A stretch of 64,000 nt of DNA from a virus (IMGVR_UViG_3300037882_002341:958-64957); one strand, 5' to 3'; positions 23,643 to 32,102 are shown, numbered from the stretch's first letter. The notes: generated from the sequence alone by a model not told the origin. Numbers and translations are program-made.

Positions 23643-24260
23643 ATGCCCAAATCCAAGACATGTAAACACTGTCAAAAAGAATTTTATGGAACAGGGAAAT
23701 ACTTTTGCTCTCTATCTTGCTCTTCTTTTGCCAATGCGAGACGCGGGCAAAGAGTTGACAGGGCTAAAGTTTGTAGACATTGCCTCAATATTTTTCAGGC
23801 GCCAGATCGTAGACAGAGATACTGTAGCCATTCTTGTGCTGCCCTATTTTATAATAAGAAAAGAGGTATAGCACCCGCTAAGCGTTGTGAGGGGTGCGGT
23901 GTGCCTCTCAAGTCTCGTAGAAGTACACACTGTAGTACACGATGCCATTCAGATCACTTCATTAGGAAATGGTTAGCGGGAGAGGTCAGTGGTACAGGAA
24001 AATTGAAATATGCAAATCCCATCAAGAGATATTTAATTGAGGCGAGTGGTGACAAGTGTCAGCTGTGTGAATTTAATGGTCACAACCCCGTATCCGGGAA
24101 GACCATCCTACAGATCGATCATATAGATGGTAGGTGGGATAACAACTCGCCATCAAATGTTCGACTTATTTGCCCCAACTGTCATGCTATGACACCAAAT
24201 TATGGATTTCTAAACAAAGGCAACGGCAGAGAGTACCGTTATAAGAAAACTCTAACTTAG
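23643..24260 (+). CDS. HNH endonuclease with N-terminal zinc-finger repeats
   Basis: Three CxxC..(F/Y/H)CSxxC repeats; LQIDHIDG...NN...N.RLICPNCH. Confidence 0.92.
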   Translation: MPKSKTCKHCQKEFYGTGKYFCSLSCSSFANARRGQRVDRAKVCRHCLNIFQAPDRRQRYCSHSCAALFYNKKRGIAPAKRCEGCGVPLKSRRSTHCSTRCHSDHFIRKWLAGEVSGTGKLKYANPIKRYLIEASGDKCQLCEFNGHNPVSGKTILQIDHIDGRWDNNSPSNVRLICPNCHAMTPNYGFLNKGNGREYRYKKTLT

Positions 24261-24297
24261 GGGCACCATAACCGAACATCTCCATAGCAACCACGGT

Positions 24298-24371
24298 TCC
24301 CGCTTGGTCTATTGGTAGCACTCCTCTTTTACAAGGAGGAAGAAGTGGTTCGATTCCACTAGTGGGAACCA
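24298..24371 (+). tRNA. tRNA-Val(TAC)
   Basis: Loop TTTACAA, CCA. Confidence 0.85.
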
Positions 24372-24379
24372 TAAACAAT

Positions 24380-24473
24380 GCACCCATAGCTCTTGGTAGA
24401 GCAGGGGCCCTTATAAAGCCTTTTACCGGCAGATTACCGGAAGGATACAGTTCGATTCTATATGGGTGTACCA
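24380..24473 (+). tRNA. tRNA-Ile(TAT) with long variable arm
   Basis: Loop CTTATAA; CCGG-CAGATTA-CCGG variable arm; CCA. Confidence 0.82.
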
Positions 24474-24474
24474 T

Positions 24475-24550
24475 CTCTCTATAGTCTAACGGGATAAAAC
24501 TACTGCCTCCTAAGCAGTGATTCTTGGTTCGAGCCCAAGTGGAGAGACCA
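24475..24550 (+). tRNA. tRNA-Arg(CCT)
   Basis: Loop CTCCTAA, CCA. Confidence 0.9.
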
Positions 24551-24554
24551 TATT

Positions 24555-24629
24555 GCCTCTGTAGTTTAACGGGATAAAATGGGGTCTTCTAAGCCCTAGT
24601 TTGAGGTTCGAGCCCTCACGGAGGTACCA
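24555..24629 (+). tRNA. tRNA-Arg(TCT)
   Basis: Loop CTTCTAA, CCA. Confidence 0.9.
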
Positions 24630-24729
24630 AAAGTAGAGATGCGCTAAATGGGAGGACAGTCAGTGAACTAGCTAGCACAAGCGCCTCTCCCTCTCTATTT
24701 GTGGTTCCTTTTCACAACAGGAGCATAAT

Positions 24730-24960
24730 ATGCATTTAGATTTTGGTCATTTAGATGGCTTCGATGAGCTTGTACTAAACCTAAAGCAGGCACTTGATGC
24801 ACTTAAGCTTCATGAAGAGAACATGAAGATAGAAAACCCTGATTTTCAATATGAAGAGACAGGGGTCATCAGGATAGAAATCCACGACAAGAACCAGGTT
24901 CCCGGCAAACATGGTATTAGGGTTACGTTTAATACAGATATTATCAATACTCTAGTTTAG
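24730..24960 (+). CDS. hypothetical protein
   Basis: AGGAG RBS; 76 aa. Confidence 0.7.
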   Translation: MHLDFGHLDGFDELVLNLKQALDALKLHEENMKIENPDFQYEETGVIRIEIHDKNQVPGKHGIRVTFNTDIINTLV

Positions 24961-24969
24961 GTCTTCACG

Positions 24970-25635
24970 ATGAGAATAGTTGCAATTAGTGATACCCACA
25001 ACCTCCAAAAGCACTTTCCGCCTCTTCCCGAGGCAGATATGATAATCCACTGTGGAGATATGACCACCCACGGTAAACATCAAGAGTTTTTTAACTTTAA
25101 CTCCTGGTGGAGAAATCTACGTTATAAACATAAGATCCTTATCCCTGGCAATCACGACAGATGTCTAGCCTCAGATCCTTCCCTCGAAATGATGCTTAAA
25201 GAATATTGTCACTATCTAGTTGATGATAGTGTTGAAATCGAAGGACTTGTCTTTCACGGTAGTCCATGGGTGCTTACCTTCCTGAATTATCCCTTTATGA
25301 TGGATGAGGGAGGAGATCTCGAACACAAGTGGTCTTTAATCCCAGATAAGACCGACGTTCTTATTACTCATGGTCCTCCTTATGGCATAAGAGACTTTGT
25401 TACGCGCAATTCAGAGAACGCAGGCTCTATGTCTCTACTGGAAGCCGTTCTTAGAATAAAACCACAAGTGCACGTCTTTGGACACATTCATGAAAACTAT
25501 GGCCAGGAAGAACACGCCGGCATTAAGTTTATTAATGCAGCTAGTCACAAGGGTCCATGGAAAGACCCTGACGATCCATACCATTCTCTTAACGCCCCCA
25601 TGGTCTTCGAAGTAACACCACGGAAAGCCAACTAG
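24970..25635 (+). CDS. calcineurin-like metallophosphoesterase (MPPED/239FB-like)
   Basis: SDTH, HCGD, GNHD, THGPP, FGHIHE motifs. Confidence 0.93.
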   Translation: MRIVAISDTHNLQKHFPPLPEADMIIHCGDMTTHGKHQEFFNFNSWWRNLRYKHKILIPGNHDRCLASDPSLEMMLKEYCHYLVDDSVEIEGLVFHGSPWVLTFLNYPFMMDEGGDLEHKWSLIPDKTDVLITHGPPYGIRDFVTRNSENAGSMSLLEAVLRIKPQVHVFGHIHENYGQEEHAGIKFINAASHKGPWKDPDDPYHSLNAPMVFEVTPRKAN

Positions 25636-25706
25636 TGAGGCGCTAGTCCTGATTGCTAATCAGAGAGTACCCTTGGTATGTGGGTCGGGTCCACGACTTT
25701 CCGCCA
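25622..25706 (+). tRNA. tRNA-Ser(GCT)
   Basis: Loop TTGCTAA, long variable arm, GCCA; overlaps the end of the upstream CDS. Confidence 0.82.
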
Positions 25707-25709
25707 TAT

Positions 25710-25813
25710 AGAACAGACAGGTTCGCGGTTAATGGTTAATCTACCGGCTCAATAGGGAAGCTACAGATGCAACGCTGTACCTATAAGGAAACTTCCCCGG
25801 CCTGTCTAGTTCT
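25710..25813 (+). ncRNA. unclassified structured RNA
   Basis: AGAAC-AGACAGG...CCTGTCT-A-GTTCT closing stem; inner GGGAAG/CTTCCC junction. Confidence 0.4.
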
Positions 25814-26474
25814 CTTCCAGAACCCAGCCCATTTTCTGTCTGCCAAGCATCATTAATATCTCAATCATTGGTACGTATCCGCCCACATCCCCAGCTTCAT
25901 TCCTTGTGGCAAGGATACCAATTAGTCTGTGATCCTCGTCGTATACTCCTGATCCAGAGTTCCCAAACTTTACGTCGCTCTCGTCTGTAAAGAAATTGTA
26001 ATTAGAGCCCTGTCTACCGCCATAGGTGTATGGGCTTTCCTCTGGACAGAAAGCCTCAATACAAAGACATTCTCCTCTGTCTGGTGTATCAAAGCTCTCT
26101 ATTGAGGCCAAACAGTTTATTTCTTCTGGTACCCATAGTAATACGAAGTCAACATCTTGAACATCTCCCGTTATGACAAAAGCATCAAACTCTTGCCCAG
26201 AAGAATTGATGATCTTGATATTGTCAAGAATGGCTTTACCGGCAGGAAGGATAAAGCCACCAACTCCGACATGCCCAACTATCACAACATGACCAGAGGT
26301 TAAGATAAATGAACCATGTTCTGTTGTCTTAACAACAACACCAGAACCAGAAGAGAAGGGGGTTTTGACCAATACCGTTCTTGATAGAGAGTCGTGCTCA
26401 ATGGGTGCGGTGATGCAACAGCTTAGCCAGAGCAAAACTACAGCAAACAGACCCCAGACTCTTTTAAAGGTCAT
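25806..26474 (-). CDS. exported trypsin-like serine protease (start MTFKRV)
   Basis: ILTSGHV (His), DFVLL (Asp), GNSGSG (Ser); signal/lipobox-like WLSC. Confidence 0.88.
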   Translation of the reverse strand: MTFKRVWGLFAVVLLWLSCCITAPIEHDSLSRTVLVKTPFSSGSGVVVKTTEHGSFILTSGHVVIVGHVGVGGFILPAGKAILDNIKIINSSGQEFDAFVITGDVQDVDFVLLWVPEEINCLASIESFDTPDRGECLCIEAFCPEESPYTYGGRQGSNYNFFTDESDVKFGNSGSGVYDEDHRLIGILATRNEAGDVGGYVPMIEILMMLGRQKMGWVLEEN

Positions 26475-26497
26475 AAGTATATTGTACTCTATAAAAT

Positions 26498-26590
26498 GGA
26501 AGATGAACCGGACAGGCGCACCGGGACCGCTTTGAAAGCGATTCGTGCCCCCGAAAAGGGCATGGGGGTCAGGCCCTCCGTCTTCCTCCA
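26498..26590 (+). tRNA. tRNA-Ser(TGA)
   Basis: Loop TTTGAAA, long variable arm, CCA. Confidence 0.82.
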
Positions 26591-26592
26591 AT

Positions 26593-26667
26593 CTCTCGGT
26601 CGTCCAATGGATAGGATAGGACGCTACGAACGTTCAGATCTGAGTTCGAGTCTCAGCTGAGAGACCA
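26593..26667 (+). tRNA. tRNA-Arg(ACG)
   Basis: Loop CTACGAA, CCA. Confidence 0.9.
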
Positions 26668-26673
26668 CAAAGT

Positions 26674-26748
26674 GGGTCTAAAGGATAAATGGTGATCTTC
26701 CTGTTTCTTACACAGGCAAACTTGGTTCGATTCCAAGTAGACCCACCA
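26674..26748 (+). tRNA. tRNA-Lys(CTT)
   Basis: Loop TTCTTAC, CCA. Confidence 0.8.
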
Positions 26749-26768
26749 CTCCGTGTATAATAAGAACT

Positions 26769-27317
26769 ATGACTTGCTGCATAGCTCTTAAGACCAAAGA
26801 TAAAGGCAAGACATCTATCCTGATGGGTGCCGACAGCGCAGCCTGTGACGACAATGAAGTAAGAAGTGCTCTGGATACCAAAATATCTCAGTCGGGCCCC
26901 TTTACTTTATCATACGCCGGAGACGTCAGGGTTGGACAGGTACTTAAGTATTCTTTCATCCCGCCAGAACCTCCAAAAGATCCAGAGGATCTTTTTTGCT
27001 TCATGATTACTGATTTCGTAGACTCTTTAGTAAGAATAATGAAGAAAAATGGTCTTTGGATAAAGAATAAGCTAATAGGTGAAACCGAATTAATCGTTGT
27101 GGTATTGTCTCGTGTCTTCTATGTTGGGGATGATCTTTGTGTTCTCGAGATGGAAGATGATATGGTTTCCATAGGAGCTGGTGCAGAGCTCGCTTTAGGC
27201 TCGCTCTTTACGTCGGCTGGTCTACCTCCTCGGGATAGAGTTCTAGCGGCACTTAAAGCCGCGGCACATTTTTGCCCCTGGGTAAAAGAACCATATACAA
27301 TTCTTAAGTGTACTTAG
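26769..27317 (+). CDS. Ntn-hydrolase, HslV/proteasome beta-like peptidase
   Basis: N-terminal Thr (MTCCIA), GADS, K, SIGAG...ALG. Confidence 0.82.
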   Translation: MTCCIALKTKDKGKTSILMGADSAACDDNEVRSALDTKISQSGPFTLSYAGDVRVGQVLKYSFIPPEPPKDPEDLFCFMITDFVDSLVRIMKKNGLWIKNKLIGETELIVVVLSRVFYVGDDLCVLEMEDDMVSIGAGAELALGSLFTSAGLPPRDRVLAALKAAAHFCPWVKEPYTILKCT

Positions 27318-27391
27318 CTCGTGTAGCCAAGTGGTAAGGCCGCGGTCTGCAAAACCGTTAGACACAGGTTCGATTCCTGTCTCGAGCTCCA
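27317..27391 (+). tRNA. tRNA-Cys(GCA)
   Basis: Loop CTGCAAA, U73, CCA. Confidence 0.92.
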
Positions 27392-27394
27392 AAT

Positions 27395-27468
27395 GCTGGT
27401 GTAGTTCAGTGGGAGAATAAGGGTTTTGTAAACCTTTGACCTTGGTTCGATTCCAGGCTCCAGCACCA
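27395..27468 (+). tRNA. tRNA-Thr(TGT)
   Basis: Loop TTTGTAA, CCA. Confidence 0.9.
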
Positions 27469-27490
27469 TCTAGTCTCTTATCTAATCTTT

Positions 27491-27565
27491 GGGCTGTAAG
27501 CTTTAATGGTGAAGCACCTGGCTTTTAACCAGGGGAACACGGATCGTTACCGTGGCGGCCTACCA
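27491..27565 (+). tRNA. tRNA-Lys(TTT)
   Basis: Loop CTTTTAA, CCA. Confidence 0.9.
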
Positions 27566-27576
27566 AAAACACTTGT

Positions 27577-27651
27577 GCCCGTATGGTGCTAATGGTAGCA
27601 TGCTAACTTGGTAAGTTAGCGGATCAGGTTCGAATCCTGATATGGGCTCCA
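27577..27651 (+). tRNA. tRNA-Thr(GGT)
   Basis: Loop TTGGTAA, CCA. Confidence 0.92.
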
Positions 27652-27658
27652 AAACGGT

Positions 27659-27746
27659 GCCTTCGTGGTTGGAATTGGCAGACACGCGGGGCTCAAATCC
27701 TCGTGACCGAAAGGTCGTACAGGTTCAACTCCTGTCGGAGGCACCA
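27659..27746 (+). tRNA. tRNA-Leu(CAA)
   Basis: Loop CTCAAAT, long variable arm, CCA. Confidence 0.92.
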
Positions 27747-27755
27747 AGAAATCTC

Positions 27756-28067
27756 ATGGAACAAGAGACAGAAGAACTCGATACGTGGATGAAATGGATG
27801 ATTGAATTCAAGGATCTCAATCTGGATTCAAGAGACTACAGTATTAGTGCCATAGAAGAAATGCTCGAAAATCCCGTATTGGCAAGACAATCAATCACTG
27901 AAGCAAAAGAGTTCTTATCCTATCTATACTCGGATATGCTATTCGGTGGATTCCTGGACAGAGCAGAGGACAAGGAAGAGAAAGAGTTCTTTTCAAGACA
28001 AGAAATCCATATCGCTCATCTAGTGAGACGTTATTACAAATACGGAAAAGAGAAAAGACATGGATAG
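27756..28067 (+). CDS. acidic hypothetical protein (start MEQETE)
   Basis: The ORF-track 5' extension overlaps tRNA-Leu. Confidence 0.7.
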   Translation: MEQETEELDTWMKWMIEFKDLNLDSRDYSISAIEEMLENPVLARQSITEAKEFLSYLYSDMLFGGFLDRAEDKEEKEFFSRQEIHIAHLVRRYYKYGKEKRHG

Positions 28068-28245
28068 AAAGAGCTTTACCTTTGATTTTGCACTGAGTTT
28101 TGAACTATATCCACGTTATTGGACAATAGACTATTGGTTTGAAATCTCCAATATCAAAAGATTTATGACTTTTGGATTGGTCCTTGGTCCTATAACGTTC
28201 ACGTTAGATCTTTATAGAAGCATAACTAAAATGATGCCTAAATAG
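28060..28245 (+). CDS. hypothetical protein
   Basis: 61 aa, aromatic-rich. Confidence 0.6.
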   Translation: MDRKSFTFDFALSFELYPRYWTIDYWFEISNIKRFMTFGLVLGPITFTLDLYRSITKMMPK

Positions 28246-28319
28246 TCTTGTAAGGGGCAAGAGCAGACTGTAAATCTGATGTGAAAACCCTGTGGGCTCG
28301 AATCCCACTTTAGGCACCA
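28236..28319 (+). tRNA. tRNA-Tyr(GTA)
   Basis: Loop CTGTAAA, extended variable region, CCA. Confidence 0.85.
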
Positions 28320-28320
28320 C

Positions 28321-28394
28321 CCACAGATAATTCAAAGGAAGAATAGGCGGCTGATAACCGCCCAACCCAGGATCGTTACCTGGTCTGTGGACCA
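28321..28394 (+). tRNA. tRNA-Ile(GAT)
   Basis: Loop CTGATAA, CCA. Confidence 0.9.
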
Positions 28395-28405
28395 ATATAA
28401 ACTGT

Positions 28406-28489
28406 GGGCAGGTGGCGTAACGGCAGCCGCGCGGGTCTTAGAAGCCCGTCTCGAAAGGGGTATAGGTTCGACTCCTATCCTGCCTACCA
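28406..28489 (+). tRNA. tRNA-Leu(TAG)
   Basis: Loop CTTAGAA, variable arm, CCA. Confidence 0.92.
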
Positions 28490-28498
28490 AATTAATGG

Positions 28499-28615
28499 TA
28501 ATGTGATCGGTTTCAGAGGTACGGGCCTCATAAAGCTCGTGGTACCAACCGGGACCGAATAAAAGCTTGCATGCAAAGTGAAAGTAGGACTGACACCGTT
28601 CTGCCGATCACATTA
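28499..28615 (+). ncRNA. unclassified structured RNA
   Basis: Perfect 12-bp closing helix TAATGTGATCGG/CCGATCACATTA. Confidence 0.5.
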
Positions 28616-28688
28616 AACTCACCTTGTTCATAACTCTATTCAGAATCAGTATTTGCTAATATAGTATACTGTATGGTATATTTTATAT

Positions 28689-28769
28689 ACCGGTGTGGTG
28701 TAATGTGGACAGCATGATTACTTGAGATGAGGTAATAGGCGCTGGTTCGACTCCAGCCTCCGGGTGCCA
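28689..28769 (+). tRNA. aberrant tRNA-like RNA with enlarged anticodon loop
   Basis: Good D and T arms; ATTAC-TTGAGATGAG-GTAAT arm; imperfect acceptor; GCCA end. Confidence 0.6.
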
Positions 28770-28771
28770 AT

Positions 28772-28806
28772 AGGAGCCCAGGTTTTCCTGGGCTCCTTCT
28801 ATTTTC
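28772..28806 (+). terminator. intrinsic terminator closing the tRNA region
   Basis: AGGAGCCCAGG-TTTT-CCTGGGCTCCT + T-rich tail. Confidence 0.8.
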
Positions 28807-28837
28807 ATATGCTAGAATAGCCGTATGAAGAACGAGT

Positions 28838-29095
28838 ATGAGCGGTAGTAAATACCGTAAACATCTTCGGGCTCTAGTAAAGTCCTGTAAAAGCAAGCCA
28901 TGCAAGGACTGCGGGAAACTATACCCTCTTAATGAGATGTCCTATGACCATGTCAAGGGTATAAAATTATTTAATCTTGGCGGCTCTCTACTAGGCCTAA
29001 CAGAACAAGATATTCGTAGTGAGATAAGTAAGTGCGAAGTTGTCTGTATCTGGTGCCATAGAAATAGGGAATCACAGAGAAATAGGGCCGCTTAA
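28838..29095 (+). CDS. small HNH-type endonuclease
   Basis: PCKDCG..Y....M.YDHV......EI.KCEVVC..CH. Confidence 0.8.
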   Translation: MSGSKYRKHLRALVKSCKSKPCKDCGKLYPLNEMSYDHVKGIKLFNLGGSLLGLTEQDIRSEISKCEVVCIWCHRNRESQRNRAA

Positions 29096-30264
29096 ATCTC
29101 TCTGATAATCTTCTTGTTACCATCTATTTCTAACATCTTTCCACCGGGAAGATGATAAGACAATATACCATCGTAGATCAACACGGGGATCATCTGAGTC
29201 TGGCCATCTGGATAGATAATCACAATCCCCATGGCGTGCATGTGATCGTTTGGCGCATGGTATTCATAGTCATGAATAAGTTGTCCACGGGTACCACATG
29301 TCATACCTAGTTCTGGATAACCAGGACGGGTATTTGACAAGAATGTCTGGACACGATGCGTGTGTCCGAATACCGTAGACCCCTCTTTCTCCATAGTCTT
29401 TGCGGCAACGAACTTACTATGGCCTCTCCCGTGAGTAAATTGCACGGGCCCCACTCGTATAGCACCACCGTACGCCACGAAGTCCCAACCAGACTCCTCT
29501 AATTCAAGCATACCAGCTATGGTTGGCATCATCTCGTAAAGCTCTGGACACTTCTTTACTATATATGCATGCATCCTCTTCTCATGATTACCACCAAGCA
29601 TGGCTCTTCTCTTAACCCCAGCCGCTGTCAATCTCTCACCTTGGTTCTTCAGAATCTCCCTGCCAGGGATTATTGATTCATACAGAAATCCGCTTTCACC
29701 ACGATGGACCCTTACCGGATCATGGGCAGAGACTTCTTCCAGATCCAGAAAGTCACCAAGATCTATAACTATATCTGGCACCATGTACTCAGCAAACATT
29801 GTACATGCTTCTACTGTTCCGGGGTCATGCAATGGAACGTGAGCATCAGGCCAAACATGTATTACTGTTGGTTTGTTGGGATTCAATTCATAGCGCAAAT
29901 CTCCTCTTTGTCTTGGATTAGCGGGATTTGCATGCTTGAATTGTAGTTCTTTTTTGCTATATTTAAGGTAATCAGGACGTTGATCTCTGACATTCATGGC
30001 TTGATCATCAACCTCTTTTATGAGATTCATGAACTTTGTTGCTATGGATTTGTCTTGCGTTGCACGGATCCTTTTACCGACATAGTCTCTAAGATTTACT
30101 TCAGGGAAAGATGAAGAAAGCATCTTTTGTAAACTGTTCTTTGTTACTTCCTTTCCAAAATCTGTTGATATTTTTCTTGCTGCCTCCTCCAGATTTTCGT
30201 GATCCAACACCGCCTCAAAAGCATGTAACTTGCGCTCCTCTGACCAGAACGTATTCCTTGCCAT
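29092..30264 (-). CDS. metallophosphoesterase with N-terminal extension (start MARNTF)
   Basis: PDAH, GDFLD, GNHE, THG, GHTHR; AGGAG RBS. Confidence 0.9.
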   Translation of the reverse strand: MARNTFWSEERKLHAFEAVLDHENLEEAARKISTDFGKEVTKNSLQKMLSSSFPEVNLRDYVGKRIRATQDKSIATKFMNLIKEVDDQAMNVRDQRPDYLKYSKKELQFKHANPANPRQRGDLRYELNPNKPTVIHVWPDAHVPLHDPGTVEACTMFAEYMVPDIVIDLGDFLDLEEVSAHDPVRVHRGESGFLYESIIPGREILKNQGERLTAAGVKRRAMLGGNHEKRMHAYIVKKCPELYEMMPTIAGMLELEESGWDFVAYGGAIRVGPVQFTHGRGHSKFVAAKTMEKEGSTVFGHTHRVQTFLSNTRPGYPELGMTCGTRGQLIHDYEYHAPNDHMHAMGIVIIYPDGQTQMIPVLIYDGILSYHLPGGKMLEIDGNKKIIREI

Positions 30265-30352
30265 CTCTTCTCCTTTTTGTCTACGGGACGCCGTAGCTGA
30301 CGCCACTATTGTACAAGGAACCACGAACAAGTCTAATGTACTCCACATCTTT

Positions 30353-30586
30353 ATGGCGATTAATAAGGCTTCTTTAACGTTGTGCCAAAAGTGTCACGCC
30401 AAAGTGACCATCGTGTTTCTCACGGATGATTCTGGCGTGGTTTTTACACCTGTTATTCATAAAGAAAAAACAACATGGGCAGTGGTTGCGACAAAAGAGT
30501 GTCCTTATCCAGACACAAGGAAATTTACAGATGGCAGACCCCTTTGGGTCTGCCAAACTTGTCTTAGGAGTATAAATGTTAAGTGA
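30353..30586 (+). CDS. zinc-ribbon protein
   Basis: CQKC...WVCQTC. Confidence 0.6.
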   Translation: MAINKASLTLCQKCHAKVTIVFLTDDSGVVFTPVIHKEKTTWAVVATKECPYPDTRKFTDGRPLWVCQTCLRSINVK

Positions 30587-31130
30587 ACAAACTCTAACAC
30601 AGGCAGCCGAAATATATTTCCAGGAAAATCTACCCAGAGTTCTTGGAGAAAACTTTTGGCGACCTCTAACAAGATGCGAAGTCTACGAAGCCGTAGAAGC
30701 AATTGTCAAACTGACATCAGAGGAAATGGATGGCCAAGAGCTAAAATACGAGATCTCAGATCACTGTATGCACTGGCTAGTTGATCTTACGGTTGTTACT
30801 CCAGAGACTGAGTCCACAATTGAGATACCGATCAACAGGGTCTCAAGCGCAGAGACCCATATCGGGATGCCACACTTTTTCCTAATGGCAATACTGTCTC
30901 AAATAGTCTCTGGAGAGAACCTAAGGATTCTTAATCCTGTCGCAATCAGACAATGTAGTGATAAATTAGAGGAGATCATTACAAGGTGTAAGGGTTGCGA
31001 AGCCAATATTGTTTTGCAGGAAGTTAAGTTTCATTCGGACACTGTCTTCTTCTGTTTCCGTGTTCAGTTTGACGCAGGTCTTCTTAAGACCACGTTTGTT
31101 ACATATGAGATACCATGGCCTCGCACCTAA
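30576..31130 (+). CDS. hypothetical protein
   Basis: AGGAG RBS; 184 aa. Confidence 0.75.
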   Translation: MLSEQTLTQAAEIYFQENLPRVLGENFWRPLTRCEVYEAVEAIVKLTSEEMDGQELKYEISDHCMHWLVDLTVVTPETESTIEIPINRVSSAETHIGMPHFFLMAILSQIVSGENLRILNPVAIRQCSDKLEEIITRCKGCEANIVLQEVKFHSDTVFFCFRVQFDAGLLKTTFVTYEIPWPRT

Positions 31131-31456
31131 CAATAAGATTCACTGACCAATCTAATCGTGTCTTCATAGGAAGAGTGAAGAACGGTGTGGTTAGTCTAAT
31201 CTCCTCTCCCCAAGATCTAGAGCACAGCATACTGGAAGCAGATATTAAACTTCAAAGTTGGCCTAGCTTCACAGTGGTGGGTGATGTTAATATATCTGTT
31301 ATGGCCAAAATAGGCGCCAAGACTATTAACACAAAAGTGTTTAAAACAAGAGAGCTCAAAATCATAAGGGGAGAGACGTGTCATTCTCTTTATTGTCTCG
31401 TGAAGAACATAGACCTAAGAGAATTCTTTGGGAGCATTCATGAACATTCTTCCTAA
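31115..31456 (+). CDS. hypothetical protein
   Basis: 113 aa in an overlapping gene string. Confidence 0.7.
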   Translation: MASHLTIRFTDQSNRVFIGRVKNGVVSLISSPQDLEHSILEADIKLQSWPSFTVVGDVNISVMAKIGAKTINTKVFKTRELKIIRGETCHSLYCLVKNIDLREFFGSIHEHSS

Positions 31457-32102
31457 CGTTACTGCGGTCCACGTCCTCTTGCCGGGACAAAGTCCCAATA
31501 GAGCAAAGATAAACTTTGATAATGCCGATCTGCACATAGTCAACACAGAAACATCTCTACAGGGTGGTGTGTGGCTAGCCATAGCCAATATTTGGCTTGC
31601 TGCAAGAACAAAATATGTTTGCTATCTCCCACCTTTCTATGGCAGTCTTCCTGGAAGATTCAATGCGCAAATTGATTTCATGGAACACCACGATCTAGCA
31701 GGATGCTATACGGACATAAAGCTCATTGATCCCGACAATAATGAAATAAGTCTTTGCACATTTACGGCATTTGACGCCGATATGATTGGCACACCGGCAA
31801 TCCCAAACGAAAGTCTCCTCATTAATAGAAAGAAGTTCCTGGATACCGGTGGTTTTGACACGATGATAGCGGGTTGCTATGACCCCGTGCGCTATATTAC
31901 GACCATGACAGCATGCGCTGGGCGCATCATGCATCTAAATAAACACCTTGTTTCTCTGTCTGTTGACTCAAATGGATCCACTCTTGGTCTTCAAAGAGAC
32001 CTATCGTACAGAGATGAAGACTTTCACGATATACACAAGAGATTTCGTATGGACAAGTGGATCACTAGAGCAAGAACACACTACAAATCAATGAGATGGT
32101 AA
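31440..32102 (+). CDS. GT2 (GT-A fold) glycosyltransferase-like protein, apparently lacking DxD
   Basis: AR.KYVCYL.....LPGR...Q..FM.....CYTD...ID...GGFD pattern. Confidence 0.55.
   Translation: MNILPNVTAVHVLLPGQSPNRAKINFDNADLHIVNTETSLQGGVWLAIANIWLAARTKYVCYLPPFYGSLPGRFNAQIDFMEHHDLAGCYTDIKLIDPDNNEISLCTFTAFDADMIGTPAIPNESLLINRKKFLDTGGFDTMIAGCYDPVRYITTMTACAGRIMHLNKHLVSLSVDSNGSTLGLQRDLSYRDEDFHDIHKRFRMDKWITRARTHYKSMRW

Noticed and set aside
23058-24474. Minus-strand ORFs across the tRNA array (23058, 23277, 24187; also 28204, 28636)
   Set aside because: Antisense translations of tRNA genes.
26498-26590. Long-armed tRNA starting GGAAGAT with TGA in its loop, considered as tRNA-Sec or a UGA suppressor
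   Set aside because: The anticodon is TGA (reads UCA, Ser). A UGA reader needs TCA, and the acceptor stem is the normal 7 bp.
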